From Candidatus Latescibacterota bacterium (GTDB lineage Bacteria > Latescibacterota > UBA2968 > GCA-2709665): a stretch of DNA of 64,000 nt. The position numbers and the translations under genes were made by a program. The first letter of the stretch is position 1. Every line of letters starts with the position of its first letter. The notes beneath the pieces are model-generated. The model saw only the letters and a program-made list of their open reading frames with translations. It did no database searches and was not told the DNA's origin. The stretch is taken from the NCBI GenBank assembly GCA_963667175.2, contig CAXXXF010000018.1, forward strand, positions 273,478 through 337,477, written 5' to 3'. This document shows positions 51,265 to 60,479 of the stretch, piece by piece.

Positions 51265-51798
51265 CGTCTTTACGCCGTTGTTAGCGCCGATGTGGATATA
51301 AGATATTATATTTACGTAAAATATACCGACTGAAGTTCGGCAATGCAGTATCGCAGATCAGCCGTGACCCTTCGTTCTGTTGCTAATATAGTCAGTAACA
51401 AAAAGGATTGCAAGATTCCGAATGCCAACTTGCATGGGTCCGGATGTCAATCTGCATCAAATTCCGTTGCACCGGCGGCTTTTGGGGGAGTCAACCCGTG
51501 CAATTCGACGCTGCATCGGTCGAGGACGGCAATGCAACAGTAGTATTAATGGATCGCTGGTGAAATTAGATTTCCCTTGACTCGAAGCGGATCTTGGATT
51601 TCCTTCTTTGTCTGGCGAATGAATCTGGTTGTCGCGGTTTGCGGGTGGTTTTGGGGTTTACGTATTCGCGAATTTGAGTCGTCCCGTTCATTCGACTTCC
51701 CGGCGCGAGGAATGAAGAGCAGAGTCGGAAGTTCTTCAGCATTCGCGGGCTTTCATCTCGGGGCGAGGAGACGGGTTTTTTGTCCACGTCGGGACTTT

Positions 51799-53433
51799 AT
51801 GCGGTCCATATCGGAGTTTCTGAGCGGCAAGACGCTGTTTGTAACGGGCGCGACGGGGTTTCTGGCGAAGGGATTCGTGGAGAAGATCCTGTTTTCGTCT
51901 CCTGAAGTGGCGCGGATCTATCTCCTGATCCGGCCCCGTTCGCGTTCCAACGGACAGGTCGTTTCCGAAGCGGAACGGCTGGAGTCGGAGGTGCTTCAGT
52001 CGCGCGCGTTCGCGAGGCTCCGCGAGAAGTGGGGCCCGGCGTTTCAATCGGTGATGGCGAAGAAGATCGAGCCGGTGGCAGGCGATCTGACCGAAGACGG
52101 CCTGGGGATTTCCTCTCCCCAGCGCGAGCGTCTCGTCGAGGACGTCGATTTCGTCGTCAACTATGCCGGCTCCGTGGTCTTCGACGAGCCCATCGACAGC
52201 GCGCTCGAACAGAATACGATGGGCGCCGCCCGCGTCGTTGCCTTCGCGAGGTCCTGCCGGAAAGCCGCACTCGTACACGTGTCCACAGCGTACGTGAGCG
52301 GACAGCGGACCGGGCGGATTCAGGAAACCCCGTTTCCCCAGGACCGGAGCGTAACCGACCTCATCAACGGAAGCGCGGCCGGATTCGACCTCCAGGGCGA
52401 GATCGATGCCATACGGACGTTCGCGAAGAAGGTGAAAGCGTCATCCAACGCGCCCGAACTGGAAGCGGCGTTCCTGAAGCAACTCCGGCGCCAGGACCGG
52501 GGCAAACGCGTAACCGACTACCGGAAGGCGCACCAGGTCGAGGCCCTCCGCCAGCGCTGGATCCGGAAGCAGCTGGTGGATGAAGGGATGCGCCGGGCCA
52601 GGCGCTTCGGATGGAACGACAGCTATACGCTCACGAAGGCGATGGGCGAGCAGTTGATCGCAAAGTCGCGCGGCGATCTTCCAACGGCCATCGTCCGGCC
52701 GGCGATCGTGGAAAGCAGCCTGGAGGATCCGGAGCCGGGCTGGGTCGAGGACCTGAAAGTCGCCGACCCGCTGATCGTCCACTACGGCAAGGGCCGGCTG
52801 TCGAATTTTCCCATCGATCCGGGGATCGTCCTGGACATTATACCCGTGGACGTGCTGAACAATGCCGTCGCCGCGGTGCTGCCGCAAGTACGCGGATCGA
52901 GTGAGTTGAAGGTCTACCACGTGGCGTCGGGCTCGCAGAATCCGGTGCGGGCGAGTGAAGTCGTTGAACTCGTCCAGGGGTACTTCAAGACCTCCCCCTT
53001 ACGCGACCGGAAAGGGCAGCCCATCGAGGTCAGGCCCTGGCAGTTCATCAGCAGACGGCGGTTCTCCTGTATGGTCCTTCTGAAATACAAGCTTCCGCTG
53101 CGCCTCCTGAAGGCGGCCGTAGACTATTTGCCAACCCGGTGGGTTTCCCGTTACAGGCGCCGGGTGATGGCCACGGAAGCCATACTGGTCAGGCTCGAGT
53201 CCCTGCTCGATATCTATTGCGGGTACACCCATCTGAACTGCGAATTCGAAACGGAGAATACCCGCCGGTTGTTCAAGGCGCTGAATCCCGAAGATCAGAA
53301 GGTGTTCAACTTCGACGTGACGCGCATCAAGTGGCGGGAATATATCCAGGAGATCCACATTCCGGGATTGAAACACCACGTGTTGAAGGAGGGGGACGGG
53401 GCAGTTTCCACGGTGACCGCCAGGGCCGATTGA
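51799..53433 (+). CDS. Alcohol-forming fatty acyl-CoA/ACP reductase (FAR / male-sterility family)
   Basis: GKTLFVTGATGFLAK, IYLLIR, VAGDL, VHVSTAYV, SYTLTKAMGE, IVRPAIVES, PGW, DIIPVD, FNFDVTRIKW, HIPGLKHHVLK. Confidence 0.92.
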   Translation: MRSISEFLSGKTLFVTGATGFLAKGFVEKILFSSPEVARIYLLIRPRSRSNGQVVSEAERLESEVLQSRAFARLREKWGPAFQSVMAKKIEPVAGDLTEDGLGISSPQRERLVEDVDFVVNYAGSVVFDEPIDSALEQNTMGAARVVAFARSCRKAALVHVSTAYVSGQRTGRIQETPFPQDRSVTDLINGSAAGFDLQGEIDAIRTFAKKVKASSNAPELEAAFLKQLRRQDRGKRVTDYRKAHQVEALRQRWIRKQLVDEGMRRARRFGWNDSYTLTKAMGEQLIAKSRGDLPTAIVRPAIVESSLEDPEPGWVEDLKVADPLIVHYGKGRLSNFPIDPGIVLDIIPVDVLNNAVAAVLPQVRGSSELKVYHVASGSQNPVRASEVVELVQGYFKTSPLRDRKGQPIEVRPWQFISRRRFSCMVLLKYKLPLRLLKAAVDYLPTRWVSRYRRRVMATEAILVRLESLLDIYCGYTHLNCEFETENTRRLFKALNPEDQKVFNFDVTRIKWREYIQEIHIPGLKHHVLKEGDGAVSTVTARAD

Positions 53434-53551
53434 CCGGCTTCGGGGCTCGAGGCCCCGGATCGTCGGTGATTCCGGCCGGAAGGATTCGGCCACGGCGCAT
53501 CGAAAGCCCGGACAGACGGTCTCAGGGCTCTTTTTTCAGGACCGACGACGA

Positions 53552-55492
53552 ATGGATCGGAACCCATCAGTTCCCGTGCACCGAATGCTGTTGCAGGATC
53601 CCGCCCGGCTGACCGCCGCGTACGACCAGGCGGCCGCGGATCTGATCGTCGCCGTTCAGCCCGAGGGCTATTTCAAGGGGTGGTCGGCCGAGGATCTGGC
53701 ATGGCCGGCCGGCGCCGCCGCCGAGGTCGGCCCCGAGGGCCTCAGCAAGCGGGCGCGGATCGTGGACGCGATCTACCAGGGTGTGCCCGGGTTGCGGGAC
53801 AGCCGGTTGAAAGCGGCGCACGACCATTTCGTCGAACTGACGCCGGCTTACCACGAAGGGAACCGGATCTACCTTCGGCTTCGGGATGAGTTCGTTGGCA
53901 ACGGCGCCGGGACCGGCCCGGATTTTCTGAAACTGTACCAGTCTCTATACGTGGAGGCGCTCGCGAAAGGGGACGATTTCTCGCCGGACCTGGCCGAAAC
54001 GGCACTGGCGCAAGCCCGGATCTCCCGGGTGCCGCTTTCGCACGCCAGCGCCGTTGCCGAAGCGCTGCCCAGTGTGACCACGGACGACGATCCGCGGTGG
54101 AAGGCGGAGTTCGCCTGCACCGTAAATGGAGAGACCTGGAATGGAACCCTCCGGGAACTCCTGGAAGAGGTGGCGCAACGGACCCTGCGCTACATCGCGG
54201 CCGGAGAGCTTCTCGCCACGCGCTACAATACCTACAACAACCTGGGCTGGTTCGGCAGTTCGGTGTGGAAGGCGGTCGTGGAAGCCGACGTGCGGCTGTG
54301 CCGGATGGAGGAATCGGATCCCGCGCGCGCAGAGACGCTAAGGGCGGACGTTGACCTGGCACGCGGCATGCTCGTGGAATTCCTGGCGGCGCACCGGGAG
54401 GATCCCGCCCGGCTGAGGCCGGAGAACTACTGGTACGGGCAGCCGTACAGCTATCTGACGCGGGACATGATCGACCTGAGCGTCCGCATCGCGGATGGCG
54501 TGAATTCGGCGGCAAGGGACCTGGACGGGGTGGCGGAGATGGCGCTTCCTCCCCTGCTGGCGGGCGCCCACACGGGCCGGTTTCTGGACCACGCCCACGT
54601 GGGCGTCACGGAGGAACTGACGTCCTTCCGCCGGAAGATCCGGATGTTGCGGTGGGCGCGGCGGTGCTGGCGGGTGGGGAAACGCAGGCGCCGGATTGCA
54701 GAGGAGGACCTCACGCCGTCCCAGCGGCACGAACGCGCGTGGGAGGTCTGGCTGGATTGGTCCCGGGACACGATGAATGCGTTCGGCATCCGGCTGGACG
54801 TGACGATCGCCCCCATGTTCCGGACGCTGGTCCGGGAAATGGACCTTTCAGCCGGCGGTCAGAGGATACTGTTCCTGCCGTCGCACCAGAGCATGCTTGA
54901 GCATTTCGTGGTGTTTTCCGTATTCAACGATCCGGTATTCCTGGATGCGATGGGTTGGGATCGGTCCCGGCCGGTCGTGCAGCTCGCCCGTACGGGATTG
55001 GCGAAGTCGACGTCGGTGAAGATCGGGTCCCGTGAGATCAGTATCTTCGGGATGTCCCCGGACAGGTTCGACCGGATGTTCGAGACCGTCGACGGTTTCA
55101 TTACCCGGGACAGCGTGGATATCTCATCACATACGATTCCGCGCATTCTGCAGGAGATGGAACGCCGTCCGGGTCTGATCTATCCGATGGGCACGACGGC
55201 TTCGTTCGACGTACAGTTGTTCCCGCTGCAACACGCGCTTTTCGCGAAACTGCCCCAGGACGTCGTGATGGTCCCGATCGTGTTTCGGGGCAGCCATGCG
55301 CTCTGGCCCAAGTGTCCGGCGGGCAATCTGAATATCAATCCAGGGGTGATCGAGGCGGTGGTCCTGCCCCCGATGCCGGGCGAGACCACGCTGCTGCCGC
55401 GCCGCCGGTCCCTGCGCATCCAGCTGGAGGCCGCCAATCTGCTTCAGGCGGTGCACATTTCGAATCTGTTGAATCCGGAGCCCTCGCAATGA
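53552..55492 (+). CDS. Unknown N-terminal domain + divergent glycerolipid acyltransferase (PlsB/PlsC/GNPAT superfamily)
   Basis: ILFLPSHQSMLEH (Hx4E, 54884-54901), GFITR, LIYPMGT (55181-55195), VPIVFRGS..LWPK. Confidence 0.7.
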   Translation: MDRNPSVPVHRMLLQDPARLTAAYDQAAADLIVAVQPEGYFKGWSAEDLAWPAGAAAEVGPEGLSKRARIVDAIYQGVPGLRDSRLKAAHDHFVELTPAYHEGNRIYLRLRDEFVGNGAGTGPDFLKLYQSLYVEALAKGDDFSPDLAETALAQARISRVPLSHASAVAEALPSVTTDDDPRWKAEFACTVNGETWNGTLRELLEEVAQRTLRYIAAGELLATRYNTYNNLGWFGSSVWKAVVEADVRLCRMEESDPARAETLRADVDLARGMLVEFLAAHREDPARLRPENYWYGQPYSYLTRDMIDLSVRIADGVNSAARDLDGVAEMALPPLLAGAHTGRFLDHAHVGVTEELTSFRRKIRMLRWARRCWRVGKRRRRIAEEDLTPSQRHERAWEVWLDWSRDTMNAFGIRLDVTIAPMFRTLVREMDLSAGGQRILFLPSHQSMLEHFVVFSVFNDPVFLDAMGWDRSRPVVQLARTGLAKSTSVKIGSREISIFGMSPDRFDRMFETVDGFITRDSVDISSHTIPRILQEMERRPGLIYPMGTTASFDVQLFPLQHALFAKLPQDVVMVPIVFRGSHALWPKCPAGNLNINPGVIEAVVLPPMPGETTLLPRRRSLRIQLEAANLLQAVHISNLLNPEPSQ

Positions 55493-55587
55493 GGCGCCGG
55501 TCCGGAGTGTTCGGAAACTTTGCTTTGTACGAAATCGCAGGGTCGCGTGCGCCGGGCCCCGCCCGTTGAGCGAACCAGGAAACCGTT

Positions 55588-57435
55588 ATGCCGGAATGGG
55601 GAATAGCAGCGGTTGTCGCAGCGACGATTCTTCTGATCGCGCTTCTGCCCAGACGGCGGGGCTCCGGAAGCGAACCGGACGAATTCTTCGACCATTCCGA
55701 CGCGGAACGGTATCCCCACAAGTGGGGATACACGGACACGCGGTTCGAGTTTGTGGACGATCGGACGCTGAAGGTGACCGGCAGCCGGTACCCCATCTCG
55801 GGTTACCGGATGCCGTTTCTGATCGACTTTGTGGAGGACGTGCTGGGCATTACGATCCGGAAGGAAGACTCGTTCGCCGAGCGCGACGACATTGAAGCGC
55901 CGGAGCCGAACGTGGAACCGGCATTCGGCAACGCGGTGAAGGAACGGTTCGGAGACGGGCGGGTTTCGTTCGATCCCGAAGCCAGGCTGGTGCACAGCCA
56001 CGGTCAGCTGAGCGTGGAGGAAGTGTACCGCGTGATTTATGGAGATTCGCTTCCCAGGCTGGTCGACCTGGTGTTCTATCCCGAAGAGGAGGCCGACGTC
56101 AAGGCCATGATCGACCTCGCCAATGAGCATAACGTCTGCCTGGTGCCCTATGGCGGCGGGACGAACGTGAGCGGCGCGCTGGCGTGTCCGGCCCACGAGC
56201 GGCGCACGATCGTTTCCGTTGATATGCGCCGGATGGACCGGGTGTTGTGGATTGACGAGGCCAATCTTCAGGCCTGCGTCGAGGCGGGGATTTCGGGCAA
56301 GGCGATGGAGAGGGCACTGGGAGAGCGGGGGTACACGTCGGGACACGATCCCGATAGCGTGGAATTGTCCACCATGGGCGGTTGGATCTCGACAAATGCG
56401 AGCGGGATGAAGAAGAACCGGTACGGCAATATCGAAGACATCGTGCTCGAAGCGACGCTGGTGACGCCCACCGGCGAAATCGCAACCCGCCAGGTCACGC
56501 CCAGAAACTCCACGGGCGTCCAGCCGCGGGGTCTGCTTTTCGGAAGCGAAGGCAATTTCGGAATTATCACCACGGCGGTGATCAAGATTCATACGATCCC
56601 CGAGGCGCGCAAGTACGGGGCGCTCGTCTTCCCGGCTTTCGAGAAGGGCGTTTCTTATCTGAAGGCGCTCCGGCAGACCGGCATGCTGCCCGCGAGCATC
56701 CGCCTGGTCAACAACAACGAATTCCGGTTCGGACAGGCCCTGAAGCCGGCGCCGACGTTCCTGAAAGGCGTCAAGGAAAACATTCAGAAGTTCGTCCTGT
56801 TGAAGGTGCTGGGATTCGATCCGATGAAGATGGGCGCGTGTACCATCGTCATGGAAGGCACCCACGACGAAGTGCGCCAGCAGGAACGCGCGATCTTCAG
56901 CCTGGCGAAGAAATACGGCGCCAAAAGCGCGGGCGCCAGCAACGGCAGGCGAGGATATTCGCTGACGTTCGGCATCGCCTACATTCGCGACTTCCTGAAT
57001 CAGTACGGTATCCTGGGCGAATCCTTCGAGACGTCGGTCCCATGGGACCGGATCCACCAGGTTTGCGATGCGGTATCGGAGGAACTGGTGGCGCAGGCCG
57101 CCGCGCACAACGTGCCGGGGAAGCCCTACCTCTCGTACCGGGTGACGCAGACCTATCATACGGGCGTCTGCATCTATTTCACGATGGGCATTTACGGCAA
57201 GGGCCTGGAAGAGCCCGGCGGGACGTTCCACGAGATTGAGCACCGGCTTCGGCAGGTGATTCTCGACAATGGGGGTTCGCTGTCGCACCACCACGGTATT
57301 GGAAAGGTAAGGAAGGACTTCCTGCCGCAGATTCAGAGCGATAACAGCATCCACGTCATGCGTCAGGCCAAGAACGCGATGGATCCGAACAACGTCTTCG
57401 GGATCAGGAATGGGGTTTTCGGGGAGATGGACTGA
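55588..57435 (+). CDS. Alkyl-dihydroxyacetonephosphate synthase (AGPS)-like FAD enzyme
   Basis: HSHGQ, PYGGGTNVS, GHDPDSVELSTMGGWISTNASGMKKNRYGNIED, GSEGNFG, PASIRLVNN, ESFETSVPW, RVTQTYHTGVCIYF, SLSHHHGIGK, DPNNVF. Confidence 0.92.
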   Translation: MPEWGIAAVVAATILLIALLPRRRGSGSEPDEFFDHSDAERYPHKWGYTDTRFEFVDDRTLKVTGSRYPISGYRMPFLIDFVEDVLGITIRKEDSFAERDDIEAPEPNVEPAFGNAVKERFGDGRVSFDPEARLVHSHGQLSVEEVYRVIYGDSLPRLVDLVFYPEEEADVKAMIDLANEHNVCLVPYGGGTNVSGALACPAHERRTIVSVDMRRMDRVLWIDEANLQACVEAGISGKAMERALGERGYTSGHDPDSVELSTMGGWISTNASGMKKNRYGNIEDIVLEATLVTPTGEIATRQVTPRNSTGVQPRGLLFGSEGNFGIITTAVIKIHTIPEARKYGALVFPAFEKGVSYLKALRQTGMLPASIRLVNNNEFRFGQALKPAPTFLKGVKENIQKFVLLKVLGFDPMKMGACTIVMEGTHDEVRQQERAIFSLAKKYGAKSAGASNGRRGYSLTFGIAYIRDFLNQYGILGESFETSVPWDRIHQVCDAVSEELVAQAAAHNVPGKPYLSYRVTQTYHTGVCIYFTMGIYGKGLEEPGGTFHEIEHRLRQVILDNGGSLSHHHGIGKVRKDFLPQIQSDNSIHVMRQAKNAMDPNNVFGIRNGVFGEMD

Positions 57436-57481
57436 CGGCTGAAAGCTGCCTTCCTTTGCGTCTTCGTGCCTTTGTGTGAGC
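57432..57481 (-). repeat. Copy of the CACAAAG/TCAGC repeat element
   Basis: Minus strand CTCACACAAAGGCACGAAGACGCAAAGG..CAGCTTTCAGCCGTCAG resembles 8397-8450. Confidence 0.65.
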
Positions 57482-57511
57482 AGATGTTGACTCTGACCCG
57501 AAAGGTCGCGT

Positions 57512-58318
57512 ATGTTCAATGGAAAGGTCGTCGCGATCACCGGCGCATCGTCGGGTCTGGGCGCAACGCTGGCTCTGGCGTTCGCGGAGGAAGGCGCGGA
57601 CCTGGCCCTTTTCGCGCTGGACGACGGCGTCCACGGAACGGCAGCTGAATGCAGGGAGCGCGGCAGCCGCGTGACGACGGCAACGGGCGACGTCGGAAAA
57701 CCGGAGGACTGCGAGGGCTGGATCGACGCCGCGGTTTCCGGATTGGGAGGCGTCGACTACCTGGTTGCCTGCGCCGGAATCAGCATGTGGGCGCGATTCG
57801 ACGAGGTGGAGGACCTGGCGATTTTTCGCAGGTTGATGGAAACGAACTATCTGGGCATCGTGCATTGCGTATACTACGCGCTGCCCCATTTAAAGGCGCG
57901 CGACGGGATGGTGGTGGCGATTTCCTCCATCCAGGGCAAGATCGGCGTGCCGCTGCACACGGGCTACGTGGCGTCCAAGCACGCCGTTCAGGGCTTCTTC
58001 GAGTCGTTGCGGACGGAACTGCTCGACACGGGCGTGGACGTGCTGACGGTGCTGCCCCACTGGCTGCGCGGGACCAATCTGCGCAAAGCGGCCTTCGGCA
58101 AGGATGGCGGGGCACTCGGCGGGTCGAGCCGCAAACACAGCGGGGAGTCGATTTCGCTGGACGACGCAAGTACGGCCATCATCGAAGCAATGAAGAAAAG
58201 GAAGCGGGAACTGATCATCCCGTTCAAGCTCAGGTTTCTGCCCTGGCTGCACCTGATCAATCCGAAGATCGTCGAATATCTGGTCACGCGCGGGGTGGCG
58301 AAACAGGAAGAAAGTTAG
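57512..58318 (+). CDS. SDR oxidoreductase, DHRS7B/PexRAP-like (candidate acyl/alkyl-DHAP reductase)
   Basis: ITGASSGLG, METNYLG, VAISSIQGK, YVASKHAVQGFFESLRTE. Confidence 0.85.
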   Translation: MFNGKVVAITGASSGLGATLALAFAEEGADLALFALDDGVHGTAAECRERGSRVTTATGDVGKPEDCEGWIDAAVSGLGGVDYLVACAGISMWARFDEVEDLAIFRRLMETNYLGIVHCVYYALPHLKARDGMVVAISSIQGKIGVPLHTGYVASKHAVQGFFESLRTELLDTGVDVLTVLPHWLRGTNLRKAAFGKDGGALGGSSRKHSGESISLDDASTAIIEAMKKRKRELIIPFKLRFLPWLHLINPKIVEYLVTRGVAKQEES

Positions 58319-58357
58319 AGACGGGTCCGGTCGGCGGGTTGCGGCGCTGGACCGGAT

Positions 58358-59047
58358 TCAGGAAAAGATCCCGTCCACGTCCAGATGTCTTTCAATCAGT
58401 TCGGGCATGCGTCCGAGACGCCCCGCATCCACGTCCACGCCGGGATCGAAAGGCACGATGCCCAGTGAGCCCACCCCGGTCAGGCGAGCGACCACTTCCG
58501 GACTGCTGCGGGCGGCCCTGGGGTCGCCGGGTCCGGTCGTGTTGTAGATCACGCCCCTGGTTTCCAGGTTGCGCGTTTTCGCGGCCTCGAGCGTGAGCAT
58601 CGTGTGATTGATGGCGCCCAGCGCGGCACGCGCCACCAACAGCAGGGGAAGGTCAAGACCGCCGGCGAGGTCCGCGACCAGGAAATCATCCCGGATCGGA
58701 ACCAGCAGGCCGCCGACACCCTCGACCAGAACGACGTCGTGCAGGCGAATCAGGCGGTGATATGCATCCACGATGGGTCCCAGCGGGACCTGGCGGCCCT
58801 CCAGTTCGGCGGCAACGTTCGGCGACAACGGCGCGGCGAGTCGGACGGGATTGACGAGTTCGAGCGCATCGGCGACGCCCGCCGCTTTCGCCAGGAATCG
58901 CGCATCCGCCGCGCCGCCCGACGACACGGGCTTGAAGACACCCACGTCCACGCCGCGTCCACGAAGAACGGCGGCGATTCCCGCGGTAACGGCGGTTTTC
59001 CCCGCGCCGGTGTCCGTGGCGGTAACGAAGACCCCCCTGGATTGCAT
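58358..59047 (-). CDS. bioD: Dethiobiotin synthase
   Basis: VTATDTGAGKT, FKPV, VEGVGG, LGAINHT. Confidence 0.94.
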   Translation of the reverse strand: MQSRGVFVTATDTGAGKTAVTAGIAAVLRGRGVDVGVFKPVSSGGAADARFLAKAAGVADALELVNPVRLAAPLSPNVAAELEGRQVPLGPIVDAYHRLIRLHDVVLVEGVGGLLVPIRDDFLVADLAGGLDLPLLLVARAALGAINHTMLTLEAAKTRNLETRGVIYNTTGPGDPRAARSSPEVVARLTGVGSLGIVPFDPGVDVDAGRLGRMPELIERHLDVDGIFS

Positions 59048-59067
59048 GGTCGTATTGTCCCCGGAAG

Positions 59068-60438
59068 TCAGGCCGGATCCGTCACGGCGCGGATGGACTC
59101 GTAGGCGATATCCAGCAACATTTCGAGATCGCGGTTGGAAATGGCCAGGGGCGGCATCAGGACGATGGTGTCCCCCAGCGGGCGGATGAGCAGACCCCGC
59201 TTTCGGGCCTCGCCGCAGACGCGGTTGCCGATTCTCTCCGACGTCGGATACGGCCGGCCGCCGGTGCTGTCGGCCACCAGTTCGATGCCGGCGATGAAGC
59301 CGCACCGGCGAACGTCCCCCACGTGCGCGAGGGTCCTGAAGCGGGCGAGACCGAGATCGAGAAGTTCGAGCTTCGGGCGCAGAGACGCCAGCACGTTGTG
59401 GCTCTCGAATCGTTCGATGGCTGCCAGCGCCGCGGCGCAGCCGAGCGGATTGCCTGTATACGTGTGGCCGTGGAAGAACGTCTTGCCTTCGCTGTCTTCT
59501 CCCAGAAACGCATCGAAGATCTCGTCCGTGGTCAGCGTGGCGGCCACGGGCAGGTATCCGCCCGTGAGACCCTTGCCCAGGCAGAGGATATCGGGCGCGA
59601 CCCCTTCTTTCTCACAGGCGAACATGGCCCCGGTGCGACCGAAGCCGGTGGCGATCTCGTCGGCGATGAGCAGCACGTCGTGCGCCCTGCAGAGGTCGGC
59701 GACTCCCTTCAGATAGCCCTCGGGATGAACCAGCATCCCGCCCGCTCCCTGAATGAGGGGTTCGATGATGAAGGCGGCGATGCGGTGGGCGTCCCGTTTC
59801 AGGATTTCTTCGACCGCCCACAGGCAGCCCTGGCTGCACGCGTTGTCGCCGGCGCAGAACGCACAGCGATACGGATGGGGCGACGGCGCTTTCAGCGACG
59901 GAAAGAGGAGCGGGCCGTACGCCTTGTGGAAAACGTCGATATTTCCCACGCTCATGGCGCCGACGGTGTCGCCGTGGTAACTCCGTTCGAGGCTCAGAAA
60001 CGTGGTCTTGGCGGGTCTCGGGTCCGGTCTCTGCCGCCAGTACTGGAAGGCGATCTTGAGCGCGATTTCCACGGCGCAGGCGCCGGTGTCCGAGTAGAAG
60101 ACGTGGCCCAGTCCCGGGGGCGTGATTTCCACGAGTTTTTCGGCCAGCCGGATCGCGGGTACGTTGGAAAGCCCAAGCAGCGTGCTGTGCGCCACCCGGT
60201 CCAGTTGTTCGCGGATGGCGGTGTCGATTTCCCCGGCGCGGTGGCCGTGTACGTTGCACCACATCGAGGAGTATCCGTCCAGGTACCGGTTCCCGTCGAC
60301 GTCCTCCAGATAGACGCCGTCCGCACGAGCGATGACAATGGGGTCTTCGCGCGCGTACGTGCGCATCTGGGTGAACGGGTGCCACACGAGGCGCCGGTCG
60401 AGGTCTTTCAGGCGGGCCTTGTCGTCCGGGGACATCAT
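59068..60438 (-). CDS. bioA: Adenosylmethionine-8-amino-7-oxononanoate aminotransferase
   Basis: VWHPFTQM, WCNVHGH, YHGDT, IADEIATGFGRTG, LGKGLTGGY, HGHTYTGN. Confidence 0.95.
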   Translation of the reverse strand: MMSPDDKARLKDLDRRLVWHPFTQMRTYAREDPIVIARADGVYLEDVDGNRYLDGYSSMWCNVHGHRAGEIDTAIREQLDRVAHSTLLGLSNVPAIRLAEKLVEITPPGLGHVFYSDTGACAVEIALKIAFQYWRQRPDPRPAKTTFLSLERSYHGDTVGAMSVGNIDVFHKAYGPLLFPSLKAPSPHPYRCAFCAGDNACSQGCLWAVEEILKRDAHRIAAFIIEPLIQGAGGMLVHPEGYLKGVADLCRAHDVLLIADEIATGFGRTGAMFACEKEGVAPDILCLGKGLTGGYLPVAATLTTDEIFDAFLGEDSEGKTFFHGHTYTGNPLGCAAALAAIERFESHNVLASLRPKLELLDLGLARFRTLAHVGDVRRCGFIAGIELVADSTGGRPYPTSERIGNRVCGEARKRGLLIRPLGDTIVLMPPLAISNRDLEMLLDIAYESIRAVTDPA

Positions 60439-60479
60439 CGTATGAATGGGGGATTCGGTACGGGCGGCGAATTGTCCGG

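Noticed and set aside
55444-57540. 698-aa minus-strand ORF
   Set aside because: Antisense to the AGPS gene, which carries all the conserved motifs.
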